Positions 36,402-49,544 of a stretch of 64,000 nt of DNA are shown one piece after another; positions within the stretch are counted from its first letter, which is position 1, and each line of letters begins with the position of its first letter. The stretch spans positions 121,892,001-121,956,000 of the forward strand of contig CM075977.1 in the NCBI GenBank assembly GCA_038087875.1. Direction: 5' to 3'. Under the pieces are notes generated by a model, which saw only the letters and a program-made list of their open reading frames with translations, was not told where the DNA came from and searched no databases. The position numbers and the translations under genes are program-made. This DNA comes from Malacoraja senta. Its lineage: Eukaryota.

Positions 36402-37953
36402 GTCTACAACTATTGATGGATAGTTATGATGGTCAATGCTATCTGCTTAGGGAGCAGTTGGGTTTACTTATTTTGTGACAGTTAGCTGTGCCTCTCTCTA
36501 TCTTTGAACCACACATGAACTCAAAGGCTCCGGAAGACAAGGGCTTTGCTCTGTAACCAGTCCTGAAATCACCTTAACTCATAAGTGGTATTTTTTTGCT
36601 TTTAATAAATAGAATTGTGAAGAGAAGCAGAAGGAAATATGCAGGTGATAGTGTGTGTTGCATTTAGGAGGTGAATTAACAAATTTCTCTTGATTATACA
36701 CATTGATTATTTAATCCTTTAAACGCCAATACCTGGTGAATTGACACTCTGCTATCTCTCAATTATTCTTCCTTCAATGCAGTCCCCGGAACTGAAAGCA
36801 GTGTTTTACTTTGGGTTTGACCAAGCGTCCATCCATCTGCAAGACAGCTTCTTCCCTTTTATATTCCAGCCAACTAGACTGAACGTGTCATTCATTTAAA
36901 ACAGTATACTTGCAGAATTTCACACTACTTTGCAATAAAGTAATTTGAGTAAATGTGCTGGAACTAACTCATGCATGTTCGGTGAATAAAAACCATCAGC
37001 TGTGCAGTGGGCAGAAATTGAATTCATCTTCCTCCTTCCCATTCTCACTGATAAATGAACTGGATCAACCTCAGAAGGCAATTTTCAGCTCTCTCGCAGT
37101 CTCTGGTTACCTTCCTGACAGTGAAATGTTTTAACAAGTGAATTTGTGCTTACCAGAAGGAAAAATAAGAGCAGATATTGCAGTCCACTGAATATCAAAA
37201 GGAAAATAATGTTCCACTAACATGGGGCTTCTGTGCATATGAGAGAGATAGAGTGGAGGGTGCACTCTATCCATGTCAGGGGTAAATTCCACTCGCAATC
37301 CATGTCAGGGGTAAATTTTGTCCACAATTGTTATTATCCTTAATACCAGGAGATTGGGAATAGAAGATTTTGTGTGATTTTCCTGAATAAGACCTAATTC
37401 CCCATAGAATGTTCTAGCTGTGTGTCTGACCTGTATTACTGGTAGGTTACAATTTCAAGACCTGTGGATTTCTAAAAAATTAGTTTTGTTTATTATTGTC
37501 ATGCGGACCAAGTTACAGTGCAAACCTTTTTGTTTCGTGCTATCCAATCAGCGAACAGACTATACATGATAACAATCAAGCCATCCACAGTGTACAGATG
37601 CAGGATAAAGGGTGTAATGTTTAGTGCGAAATAAAGTCCAGTAAAGTCTGATTGAAGATAGTTCAATGGTCTCCAGTGAGATAGATGGGAGGCAGGACAT
37701 CAATTAAGATGAGTGAAAATTAAAAGAAAATTGCCCATTAGTTCAGTTTAGTTTATTGTCATATGTACCGAGGTGCAGTGAAAAGCTTTTGTTGCGTGCT
37801 ATAAATGTGCAAATAAATACTTTACCCATCAATTTATTTTTAATAACTATTGGTTTAACAGTGTAAATGCTCTGTATTTTAAAGTGAAGGGAAAACACTG
37901 ATGCTAACAGATTGAACTGATTGGACTGAATTAATGTAGCCCTCACTGAATGA

Positions 37954-38049
37954 GAGTGAGTGAGTGAGTGAGTGAGTGAGTGAGTGAGTGAGTGAGTGAG
38001 TGAGTGAGTGAGTGAGTGAGTGAGTGAGTGAGTGAGTGAGTGAGTGAGT
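37954..38049. repeat. (GAGT)24 microsatellite
   Basis: Perfect tetranucleotide repeat. Confidence 0.98.
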
Positions 38050-38899
38050 AACCCTCCTTCATCAGCTCAAAGTGATCGTTTCCATCTTCATTGCTCAGGT
38101 GCTAAATAGATCGGGTGAATCACCAGTACATCATAGAAACTGCCTCAATTTTGTTCTGAGTGATTCTAATGGAACTTACAGTTGGGAAGCTTTTGTCATT
38201 GTGTGGGCTTCCTTCAATAATTCACTGCCCAGATGGTGAAGATTTCTTTCTTTGGCTAGGCCATCAGCAGTCTAAAAGATTTCAGTGGATACAATACTCA
38301 AATAATTTCATTTTGGCTGTGCAAAAGTTAACCATGATCCATGTGACATTAAAAAAGCAAATATATTTTTCATTCCAGATTTTGCAGATTGTGTCTTGTC
38401 AGTAAACAAGAAACCTTGTTGATGTTCACTTCAGCTCCAATCTTTTGTTATACACTGGACTATGTACTGATTTACAAACATTTAGAATTTGGTTGAGAAT
38501 TAATTACATTTTTATAGTTGTGTTTACATGAACTCATACAGAGGGGGAAGAGTTTGCTTATTCTTCTATTCCCCTTGAAATGCATGTATCAAATCAAATT
38601 AACGATATTGGCAATAGTCTATTAAATAGTGTTTTCAGCTATTGTTTGAGAAATGGCTGCCAATATTTGTTCCACATTAGGCTTCTTTAACTATGCTTCA
38701 TCTAACAATGTCAGCATTACTTTCTAGTCCTTTTTCTTCTGATGTACCTCTCCTGGCTGTAGGGGTTTGTGTTATTAAATATATATTCATTTTATACTGT
38801 TTTTCCTCAGGGATCTTTTAATTAGTCTTTCAAGAAGCAGCACCTAATATATTTCAGAAATGATTTTTTTATTGCAAGTTATTATTTTTATGGAAATTA

Positions 38900-40460
38900 G
38901 AACCTTGCAGCGCAGCCTAATTCTGCTCTAACTCCATTTACATGTTTGCAGATGACATCTCAGTAATGGCCCGGATCTCAAACAAAGACGAGATGGAGTA
39001 CAAGAAGGTGACAGAGAGCTTCATTACGTGGTTGTGCCAAAGCACAACCTCTCCCTCAATGCCAGCAAAATAAAAGCGTTGATCGTCAACTTCAGGAAAT
39101 GAGGTGGAGTACATGCCCCGGTCTGTATCCATGATGCTGAAATGAAGATGGTCGAGAGCTTTGAGTTCCTAAGTGTAAATATCACCACCAGTTTGTTTTA
39201 GACCAGCCATATAGATGCATTGGCCAATAACGCACATCAATACCTCTACTTTCCTCAGAAGGAAATTAGTTGTCTCCAATGTCTATTATCGATTTCTGCA
39301 GGCATTATCAAAGGCATCCCATCTGGATTCATCACGGGTTGGTTTGGCCAAGATCGCCAGAAATGTAAAAGTTGTGGACATGGCCCAGTACACTTGTGTC
39401 TATCAATATGTAAATCAGCCTCCCTCCCCCAACAACTCAATTTGCACTTCACGCTGCCTCAGGAAAGCAGTCAACATAATCCAGGATCATTCACACTCCG
39501 GTCATTTTCTCTCCTCACCTCTCCTGTTTGGCGGGAGATACAGAAGCCTGAAAGTACATACCACCACTTCAAGAACCGCTTCTACACCACTGTTATCTGA
39601 CCAGGCAGGTAGAAAGGTGGAATGCTCCATCCTGCAGGAGGTGGAAAGTCATGGAAACTGCTGGCAGCCCAGATGACTACACTTGTGGGAAAAGTCCCTG
39701 GTGCAGCTCCTACAGACTGCATTTAGGAAGTGGAGCGTCAGGATTGTGTGGGAGATTGAGAGCTTATTAGGTAGTAGTTATAGTCAGGTGTTCACATCTA
39801 AGGCACAGGGGAAAAAATAGATGGGTGTCCATGAGGAAAGAGAGTAAGTAGAGAGTGTGTGAGACCCGTGTGGCCATCCCCCTTCAAAGCTGGTATACAT
39901 GTTTTGGATACTGTTGAGGGGGATGACCGGGCAGGGGAGGGAGCAACAGCCGCAGTCAGGTCTGTGGCACCAGACCTGGCTATGAGGTACAACGGGGTAG
40001 GGTAAAGAGCCATAGTGGTAGGAAACATGTTAGTTAGAGGGACAGACAGTAGATTCTGTGGCAGCAATTGAGGCTCCAGGATGGTGAGTTAACTCCCTGG
40101 TGCCAGGGTCCAGGATGTCTCTGAGCGGCTGCATGACATTCTCAAGGGAGAGGATGAGCAGCACAAAGTTGTTATGCATGCTGGCATTAATGACATAAGT
40201 AGGAAAAGGGATGAGGTCCTGTGAAGTGAAATAACTCTGTGAATAATATTGAACAGTATTCCCAATCTCCATTATCGTGGCCCTTGCGAGTTTTTTAAAC
40301 TGCATTTTCTCTGCATCTGTAACATTAGATTCTACACTATATCTTTTTTGCTTTTGCGTTGTATTGCTGTACACACGTATGGTATGATTTGCCAGGACTT
40401 TACGCAAAACAAAGCTTTTCACTGTATTTCAGTACATGTAATAATAATAAACCAATACTG
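38900..40460 (+). mobile_element. Rex1/Babar-like LINE 3' portion, interrupted at about 39600-40240
   Basis: Degenerate FADD...RISN.DE.EY...NLSLN.SK.K.LIV.FR; tail aagcttttcactgt...gtacatgtaataataataaac. Confidence 0.75.
39600..40240 (+). pseudogene. CR1 ORF1 esterase-domain fragment
   Basis: Degenerate AIVVG..LVRGTD.RFCG, LPGARVQDVSERL.DILKGE.EQ..VV.H.G.NDI. Confidence 0.75.
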
Positions 40461-40774
40461 ATTCAAATGTTTATGCCATACATTTATTTTTGCACGCTAT
40501 TTAACAAAGACGTGCATTTGAATTGCTTTCTCCCTTTGTTACCCTCAGGCAACTTGTGCAAATCTAAAAATGAATGTTACAGCTGCCATACATTTGCAGA
40601 ATAAAAGACACAAGACAGTTTGAAAACACCGAATGAGACAAGCATTACAATTCAGATCAATACAAGGTTTTTGATCATTGAACTGTGTTCCAGATCATAC
40701 AGCTCACATAATATCAATGGATTTCAAAGAAAAAGAAGGCATAGTCACATGCTTTTGGAAAGTGGTAAATGTTA

Positions 40775-41280
40775 GTCATAGAGCTGAACAGCCTTCGGCA
40801 ATACATCCATGCCAACCAAGATGTCTATCTGAGCTTGTCTCATCTGCCTGCATTTCGCCCATATCTCTCAAAACCTTTTCTATCCATGTATTGATCCAAA
40901 TGTCTTTTGAACCTAGTAATTGTATCTGCCTCTACAGCTTCCACTGGCAGCTCCTTCCACATACCCACCATTCTGTGTGGAAAAAACTTGCCCCTCAGGA
41001 TCTTATTTAATTTATTCCTCTTGTTTTAAGTCTATGCCTCTGGTTATGAACTCCCCTACCACGGGAAAAAAATCTGTAACCATGCACCTTAATTACGCCC
41101 CTCTTGATTTTATCTACCTCTATTTCAGTCCTCAACTTTCTACACTTCAGGAAAAAAAGTCCCAGTCTATCCAGCCTCTCCTTATAACTCAAGCCCTCCA
41201 GTCCCAGTAATGTCATAGTCAATCTTGTCTGCACCCTTTCCAGCTTAATCACATCATCAGCATAACAGAGCAGACAGCAG
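40775..41280 (-). mobile_element. CR1 LINE 3' fragment
   Basis: KLERVQ.R.T..L.GLEGLSYKERLDRLGLF motif. Confidence 0.85.
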
Positions 41281-42159
41281 TATCTCATGGACATATATTA
41301 AATAAGCAAGATTTAACAAAAAATGTGCTTAGGTCAAAATTAAAAGCAACACAAAATGCTAACTAAAATAACATAACATGACAAAAATGGAACTGTTTCT
41401 GAACGGTTGCAGAGTGAATGATGCAGAATGGTTTATGTTGAATGGCATTCAACTCAGCCCAATTTTTAATTGGTTCTCAATATTTCTTTCCAACATAAAA
41501 CCTACTAAATCATTGACTATAGCCTTTCTGGGAGATCTTAGAGACAGAGTAGTGTATTGTGTAGGAAAACACCATCTCCCTGTTCTGGTTCTGTCCTTTC
41601 CCCTGGGAATTGAGTTCAAGGACAGACTCAAACTGTGTCCAATTCCTTTTCTCTGAAAGTTGTCTGGAGTTTTCAATAAACTGACCCTGGATATTGTCTC
41701 AATGAGCTCTCGTGAATTAATAAACAAATTAGTCCTTTGAATTTGATGTCCAAAGTGTCTAAATCTGAACAGTTCATACTTAATTGCCAGAATTACCATA
41801 ATGCATTTTAAAATGTATTAACTTTTAAAATAAATTATCAATAAACAATTTTAAAAAAATTAAAAAAAATATCTTGAATGAAGCAGCGCAGATGAAGAAA
41901 AAATGTTAAACCATTTTGTGTTCATTAACAAACATCCAAAACAATATTTAAATGAGCAAATATGCATTATAAATGTCAGCTCTATACTGGGTTATTGGTC
42001 AATATGTTCATGCTAATTTCTTATTCCAGTAAATGTGTTAATATTATTAAAATAACATCACAAATGTACATTGCTCGAGTATTTCTGGAGGATTTATTGG
42101 ATTAATAGTTACTAAATGTATATACACAGTTTATTTTCTGATTGTGAAATTTCAATGCT

Positions 42160-42600
42160 GTATGTTATCAACATTAAATTCTCCAATTTTAGGTAACTAA
42201 TCTACAAACAAACCCCCTCCCCCTTCTTCTCTGTGCCCCACCTGGACGCGCATTCATTTGTCCCCTTCCCCATCCCCTTCCACCGATATTCCTCCCTCTG
42301 GCTTCATAATTCAACTGTCTAACCTTATCTCACACTCTTTGCATTTTCATCGCCTGCCAAACTCCCCCCACTCCCCACCTGTATCTACTTATGAACCACC
42401 AGACTTTGTCCCATTCCTCTTCTCTTCCAGCTTTATCCCACCAACCTCTCCAACCCTCCCACCCCCATGACAATCAGTCTGAAGAAGGGTCCTGACTCAA
42501 AACGTCACCTGTCCATATTCTCCAGAGATACTGCCTGTCTCGCTGAGCTACTCCAGCAATTTGAGTCTTTTGTTTTGTAAACCAGCAACTGCAGCTCCTT
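42160..42600 (+). mobile_element. Penelope-like 3' end with degenerate hammerhead
   Basis: ttctccaattttaggtaa ORF end, pyrimidine-rich UTR, gtctgaagaagggtcctgactcaaaacgtcacc at 42478. Confidence 0.75.
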
Positions 42601-42904
42601 ATATCTCCTGTAAGTTTTAATTTGATTTTTAATTCTTACTAGAATAAGTGGGATCCGTTGGGTCCCATGTTCACACGGGAGGGCTGGTCTCCCAACGCAA
42701 TATTCCACCCCTCCACCAATTCCGATATTGGTGGCCAGTGGGGGGGGGGGGTTCTGGAGCGCTAGTATGGGTGTTGTGGGCTGAAGGGACTGGTCTCCAG
42801 AGGGCTAGTATGGACATTGTGGGCCAAATTGATTCTTGTGGTGGCAGCTCAGTCATTCAAGCCTGATGTACTGGAAGCTCACTCACTCACGGCAGGTGGG
42901 CTGG

Positions 42905-43545
42905 CCATTTCCATTTCAAGCAGGGTGCAAGGCCATCAAATTCAAATGCAGTTTCCTACCATTTCAAGCAGGGTGCAAGGCCACAAAACTCAAGTGCAGT
43001 TTCTTACCACTTCAAGCAAGGTGCAAGGCCACCAAATTCAAGTGCAGTTTCATACTACTTCAAGCAGGGTGCAAGGCCACCAAATTCAGGTGCAGTTTCC
43101 TACCACTTCAAACAGGGTGCAAGGCCACCAAATTCAAGTGCAATTTCATGCCACCAAGCAGGGTGCAAGGCCACCAAATTAAAGTGCAGTTTCATGCCAG
43201 TTCAAGCAGGGTGCAAGATAACCAAATTCAGGTGCAGTTTCGTACCATTTCAAGCAGGGTGCATGGCCACCAAATTCAAGTGCAGTTTCCAACCACTTCA
43301 AGCAGGGTGCAAGGCCACCAAATTCAAATGCCATTTCATACCACTTCAAGCAGGGTGCAAGGCCACCAAATTCATGTGCAAATTCATACCATTTCAAGCA
43401 GGGTGCATGGCCACTGAATTCAAATGCTGTTTCATACCACTTCATGCCGGGTGCAAGGCCACCAAATTCAAATGCAGTTTCATATCATTTCATGCAGGGT
43501 GCAAGGCCACCACATTCAAATGCAGTTTTATACCATTTCAAGCTG
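42905..43545. repeat. 48-bp minisatellite, about 13 copies
   Basis: Unit caagcagggtgcaaggccaccaaattcaagtgcagtttcataccactt. Confidence 0.95.
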
Positions 43546-43967
43546 GGTGAAACCACCATAAAACCACACAAAACACAACAAACACCACATAAACACCACA
43601 CTCACAGTTCAGTAGACATTCAGTGTATTCAGTTGATTCACAGCTCAGACAGAGTCGTGACCTCTCCCTCCCCCATCTTGCAGAGACTGAGCCACAGCCA
43701 CACTTCTGGGTTTTATAATCCCTCCCCCCTTCCACCAGAAGGGGCGTGGCCTTCATGGCATGATTGACAGGAGAGAGATTCTCAACATTTTTAAAACACT
43801 AATAACACTTTGATTTTTCATTGATAGGAAGAATCCTCTGCACCTGATGAGCGGAGGGGGACTGAGTAAGATGGCCAAAAATCACAGCCGTAAGTGGTAG
43901 CGTTTTATCTAAAATCAATGTACAGTGCAAACAGGAAGTTGTCAAGTTTAGACTTTTATTCCTGTAC

Positions 43968-44548
43968 TTTATTTCAAACCAACCACCACCAACAACCATT
44001 TGCTGTGCTTTATTTCAAACCAACCACCACCAACAACCGTTTGCTGTGCTTTATTTCAAACCAACCACCACCAACAACCGTTTGCTGTGCTTTATTTCAA
44101 ACCAACCACCACCAAGAACCATTTGCTGTGCTTTATTTCAAACCAACCACCACCACTAACAACCATTTGCTGTGCTTTATTTCAAAACAAATCACCACCA
44201 ACAACCATTTGCTGTGCTTCATTTCAAACCAACCACCACCACTAACAACCATTTGCTGTGCTTTATTTCAAACCAACCACCAACCACCATTTGCTGTGCT
44301 TTATTTCAAACCAACCACCATTTGCTGTGCTTTATTTCAAACCAACCACCATTTTCTGTGCTTTATTTCAAACCAACCACCACCAACAACCATTTGCTGT
44401 GATTTATTTAAAACCAACCACCACCAACAACCATTTGCTGTGCTTTTTTCAAACCAACCACAATTTGCTGTGCTTTATTTCAAACCAACCGCCACCAACC
44501 ATTTGTTGTGCTTTATTTCAAACTAACCACCATTTTCATTTTCAAACC
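43968..44548. repeat. About 41-bp variable minisatellite, about 15 copies
   Basis: Unit ttatttcaaaccaaccaccaccaacaaccatttgctgtgct with trinucleotide length variation. Confidence 0.95.
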
Positions 44549-45746
44549 ACATTAAGGGCACTCAAGGTCAGTAAAACCACACTCACAGTTTAGGAGACAT
44601 GTGTTCAGTGTTATTCACAGCTCAGACTGAGAGACGTGACCCTCTCGCTTCCCCCATCTTGCAGAGACTGACTGAGGCACTCAACACTTCCGGGTTTTAT
44701 AGTCCCTCCGGAAATGGCGTGGCCTTCAGGAGAGAGAATCTCGTCATTTTTTAAACACTAATAACTCTTTTATTTTTAATCGATGGGAAAAATCCTCTTG
44801 TCCTGCACAGCGGAGGGGGACTCTGAGTAAGATGGCCTAAAATCACAGCCGTAAGTGGCAGCGTTTTTTCTAAAATCAATATATATAGAACAACAGGAAG
44901 TAGTCAGGATCAGAATTTTAGTAATATAGATTTAATGTTTACTAACTTGAAGCCATATTTTCTGGAAATAGCACATTACTAAATGTATTATTCAGGCCTG
45001 AACTTCACTCACACTAAGAAAATACACTATCATTGAGAAACAAGGGCAGGACAATGTTGGATGACAATTTAAAGGGATTGTTCTATGTAGAGAGCAATTG
45101 ACAGGTTTTCTTCAAAGTTCTTGGACGACAGGAAGGTAAGAGCATTGGAATTCAAGGACAGTCCTGGAGTTGCTATGCTCGTTCAATAGGCAAGTATAAA
45201 AATTGCATTCGATGTAGCTGAAATTTTAATGAATTATGAATTCATAATTTTGACCAAGTTTCTGGCACTGTAATTTTAAATATGTAATAGTGGAGTCCTA
45301 CTCCTTCAGAATAAAATTAGTTTTGTTCTGTCTGTCTCTGTTATCTTTCCTCCTCTTTCAATCATTTATTCCATCTCTTTATTTTGCTTTAGCGTAACTA
45401 ATCTCTAATATCTAGTTTACGCTTCCTTGTTTAATATCTGCATGGGTATTGGTATTCTTCAGCCTGACTAGCTGAATAGCAACTCTGATTTAGGTCGACA
45501 AAATGCTGTAGAGCGCAGTCCAGCGAATCTGCTCAGAAATGCAAGGAATCGAAAAATCTTTGGGCATCTGTCACCATGGCTGAAAATAAAGCACTGGTCT
45601 TCACCAGAGACTGCAAAATCCAGGCCGAGTTTCATTTGAGAAATTGTGTACATGTACTCATGATGTCCTGTCAGTTCTAAGCAGAAAGTTATGTGCTGCA
45701 CACCAATAATTTCCTTAGATTGCCTGCAAGCACCATAGCAGAGTAA

Positions 45747-46349
45747 AGGCCGTGTCTTACCTGTTTGCGGTCATCGGCGGTGAAGCGCGGCGTCGCCGGT
45801 AGCGAGGACCGCGCGGCAACGGCGAGAGCGTCGAGCCTATCCACCGGAGCGCCGCACGCATGCTGCGCGGGGGCCGAGTTAATTCAAACACGGCGGGTCC
45901 CACGTGCTTGCGGTAAGTAAAAAAAGGGCGGACCGACTGCGATGACGTCGGCCCCCCGCACGTGACTCACCAGCGGCGGCTGTGGCGGCGGCCATCCTGA
46001 TCGCGGCGCTGTAGTGGTGGCTGTGCCTGCGGCCGCGCAGCACACGTGCCTCACTGGCGGCGGCACGTGCGTCACTGGCGGAGGCTGTGGCAGAGGAGGT
46101 TTGACGCACGGCGCTCGACCCACACTGGCGGCGGCCCGTGCGAGCGGCCGTGCGCACACGTGCATCACTGGTGGAGGTTGTGCGGTGAGTATTTGGTTTT
46201 CGACATTGTCGATTTTATTTTTGCACCGCGCGGTGTTGGGAACACCGTCGCACGGCCTGGGAATTGTTCTTTCTCACGAGTGCGCGGTCTATGGCGGCAG
46301 ATTCTTCCCGTTTCGCCGCCAATGACCGCAGATTCGTGAGACAGACCTT
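45747..46349. mobile_element. CpG-rich PIF/Harbinger-like MITE
   Basis: Imperfect TIRs of about 40 bp (aggccgtgtcttac...gcggtcatcggcgg / cgccgccaatgaccgc...gtgagacagacct); TAA / TTA flanks. Confidence 0.7.
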
Positions 46350-47117
46350 TTAGAGTAACAAGCACACTAGACCATTTGGGATCTGTAAGTGAGATAACAG
46401 AAACATTTCGAGCCTGTTTGCATACAAATCATTCAGCTCAGAAATATGCCACTGACAACAAAATCCTTGACTACATGCAGTATTTAGTTATGATTCAAGA
46501 CAAGTGCGTTTCCTTTCAAATAAGTTTATTTTCCACAAAAAACGGAGAACTTTCATGTGATGGGTAAAAAAACATATGTCTTTATTTGCTTACCTTTTGC
46601 TGGTTTAGAAATAAAGTGCAAAACTCATAATTAACTGAGGTCATTAACTGAGGTCACTGCAGCATGGGGCATTAACACACTAGTCTATTTTGAGAAACAA
46701 TGGTGTTAGATTTCCTCTTTTGTTAAAAAAAAATCAAATACTTACTCTTAAACAATTTATAACCGGATAATAATATCATGGGAACTTGCATTTTTGAAAA
46801 TTGCTCTTCCTGAAAATGTGGTTTTATTAGCCACAATGAAAATTGAACAATGATCCTTTCATGCTTGTACCTGTGATAAAGATCCTTTAATATTTCTAAA
46901 GCAATTAATGAGCTATATATGACTGATATAACTGTTCAAAACTTTGTGAATACAACTGTGAAAGACGCAGTGTTTATGAATGGTTCAATGCTATTGTGAA
47001 AGGCCCACTTAATGATCAGGTCTTGTATATGTTGACAACATTTGCAACAAATCATGGCATGCAGCTTTACGATTTACCCAAGGGAGGAAACAGAAACTGC
47101 AAACCGTCAGTGGAAGA

Positions 47118-47211
47118 TAGACACAAAATGCTGGAGTAACTCAGCGGGACAGGCAGCATCTCTGGAGAGAAGGAATGGGTGACGTTTCCGGTCAAGACCC
47201 TTCTTCAGACT
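47118..47211 (-). mobile_element. About 95-bp PLE terminal unit with hammerhead motif
   Basis: Reverse complement begins agtctgaagaagggtcttgaccggaaacgtcacc. Confidence 0.8.
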
Positions 47212-49242
47212 TTGAAGAAGTTCTCCTCTGTCAAATCTCCTCAATCATCAATGGAAAAACTGGTTAGCATTTAATAGGAGGTCGAGAATGGGTTGCGCAA
47301 TGTAACAAAGAGTGTTAATAAGGCATAGCCATTACTTTAAAATAAAGTATAAGATATGATAATCTGTTACAAAATTAAAAAGTCCTAACAACAACTTTTA
47401 AAGGTAGGAAAATAGCTCATGCCTCCGCACCATTTCAGAATGGGATAAAGATGAAACCAGGAAATTATAGACCAGTTATCTGAAAGCAAATAGCTGGGAA
47501 ATTGTTAGATTCTATCATTAAGATAGAGTGAGAAAACACCCGGACATCTTTCAGCTGATCAGATAACGCCAGCAATCAATCAATTCTCTCACTCCTACCA
47601 AAAGCTTTGCGAAAACCTAACTCATTTTCTGGGCTTTCATTTCCTTCCCATGTAATTTCATCCATCATAATTTGGCATATCCTTTCTTTTCATTCTTGAA
47701 CATTCTGAGCAATTTCCTGCATTTGGACTGTTGACAGTTCTTCTGCAAATTAACTTGGTTCTTTCACCTTCCAGTGACATCTGTTCATCAATTTCGGAGG
47801 GGTTTGGCTCCTCAGATCAATGCTGAACATAAATGAGTGACCCGTCCTACCAAACACAACACTGCTATTTTTTTCATATTCAACTTTCTTTCCAACATTT
47901 TTTTGAGCTTTTATAATTCATTTGTAAAGTTATTCCCCTGTGAGGTTCACCACATTATGTGTTACACGGTACCCATAAGATTAAAGGTGGACATAATGGA
48001 AGATTTATTTTGCTTAAGGTGTGCTATGTGAGCCTCCCTGTAGGCAAGATCTATACCATCATTAGGTCATAACTAAACTGTCAAAGTGCAGTACTGAAAG
48101 CAGATGTCTGAATGTAAAAGTTTTAGTTCGTTTTATTATGTGTGCTGAAAAAGATCCAGGCCTTACATTTCCCCTGACATGGAGGCACAATGGATGGTTT
48201 GTGTCAGTCACAACATCCATGAATTTTCTCCCATGACTGCACTTATAATACTTGTGGATTTAGGCCATTTAATTGGAAATAATATACATTTAGATTAAGT
48301 TTTGCAGAAAAGAAAACTACTTCACATTCTCACAACTTAACCAGTCTGCAAATATACTGGAAATATATCAGGAATTATATATCAGTGAAAATTAATAAGT
48401 ATATTAAATGGATTGAGATAAAATTGAATTTTAACAAGGCACTCTTCATACTGTGAGTGATTTGTTCCTTTTTTACCATGGAACAAAGCAGGCTTGCTTA
48501 AGGTCAAGAGATTATAGTTATGCTGATGAAAACCCTGAAGAAATTCCATTACTCTTGCTTGAAGAGAAGATGTATGAGGTAATCTGGCGATAGAGCTGAG
48601 AGATAAAAGATTTAATAGAAATTTGCATGAATTGTATGCGAGTGTAAATAAATAAAATATAATTCTAAATATAAATATCATTCTTGCTTTCCCAAAAGGT
48701 TTTCTGTATTCAAGCCAAATGCATTCCTTTCCCTTTGTTCTAGTGCTTTCTACTGCTAGTTTAACATCCTCGTATTTTGATAAATACCGGCACTGTCATT
48801 TGCTGTTATCAAATTCCCACGATGAAATTAGATACCCAATTTACACAAGCAACCATAACTGTTAATGACCAGCTTTTGTACTTGAACTTAATCTCCATTC
48901 TGCAGTCAAATAAACAAGTGTTTGGAATGTTAATGATGTTTTACTAATCCTCCTATCTGTATTGTGAGGTGTAACATCAACAGAATCACATTTTACTCTT
49001 TGATTCTACAATGTTTATATTAGAGAGACAATAGTTTATACTGAGAATGTAAAATTGCATTTTATACAGTAAGCCAAATCCCAGCCATACCTAGATCTAT
49101 TGAAATGTGCATTTAATAAAAGGACAAAGTTCTAATGGTAATTTATCTTTTATAGTTTTGTTTTCTCCTTGTTAGGATTGTGCTTATCTTTCCAGAAAAA
49201 AAATTTACATGGCAGAAGATCCAGATGTTGCAAGATATTTTA

Positions 49243-49512
49243 AGTTTAGTTTAGTTTAGTTTAGAGATACAGAGTGGAAACAGGCCCTTCGACCCACCGG
49301 GTCTGCGCAGACCAGCGATCCCTGCACATTAACACTATCCTACACCCACTTGGGACAATATTTTTACATTTATCAAGCCAATAAACCTACAAACCTGTAC
49401 GTCTTTGTAGTGTGGGAGGAAACCGAAGATCTCGGAGAAAACCCACGCAGATCACCGGGAGAACGTACAAACTCCGTACAGACAGCGTCCGTAGACATGA
49501 TCGAACCTGGCT
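49243..49512 (-). mobile_element. HE1-like SINE
   Basis: (tttag)n tail; gtgggaggaaaccg core; B-box remnant gatcgaacctgg. Confidence 0.8.
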
Positions 49513-49544
49513 GTAACAGAAGAAAAAAAAGCTGAGGGAAAATA

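Larger units (their letters stand above)
42639..44930 (-). mobile_element. Non-autonomous Helitron
   Basis: Minus strand A|TCTATATTACT...gggacccaacggatccc hairpin...CTAG|T; no TSD. Confidence 0.88.

Noticed and set aside
37269-37317. Short direct duplication (also 46630-46656) and the AT-rich insert at 13485-13530
   Set aside because: Consistent with ordinary slippage; there is no evidence of function.
40520-40670. Possible host exon after a pyrimidine tract plus AG at about 40548
   Set aside because: All three frames hit stops before a plausible donor site.
41378-41799. ORFs in unique sequence (also 18563-18775 and 54352-54609)
   Set aside because: No recognisable domains or convincing splice pairs.
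42817-44593. Long repetitive ORFs and a CRISPR-like periodic look
   Set aside because: These are head-to-tail minisatellites without unique spacers inside a Helitron; the ORFs result from stop-poor repeat units.
45879-46339. CpG island as a host gene promoter with Ala/Arg-rich ORFs
   Set aside because: Bounded by terminal inverted repeats; explained as a MITE.
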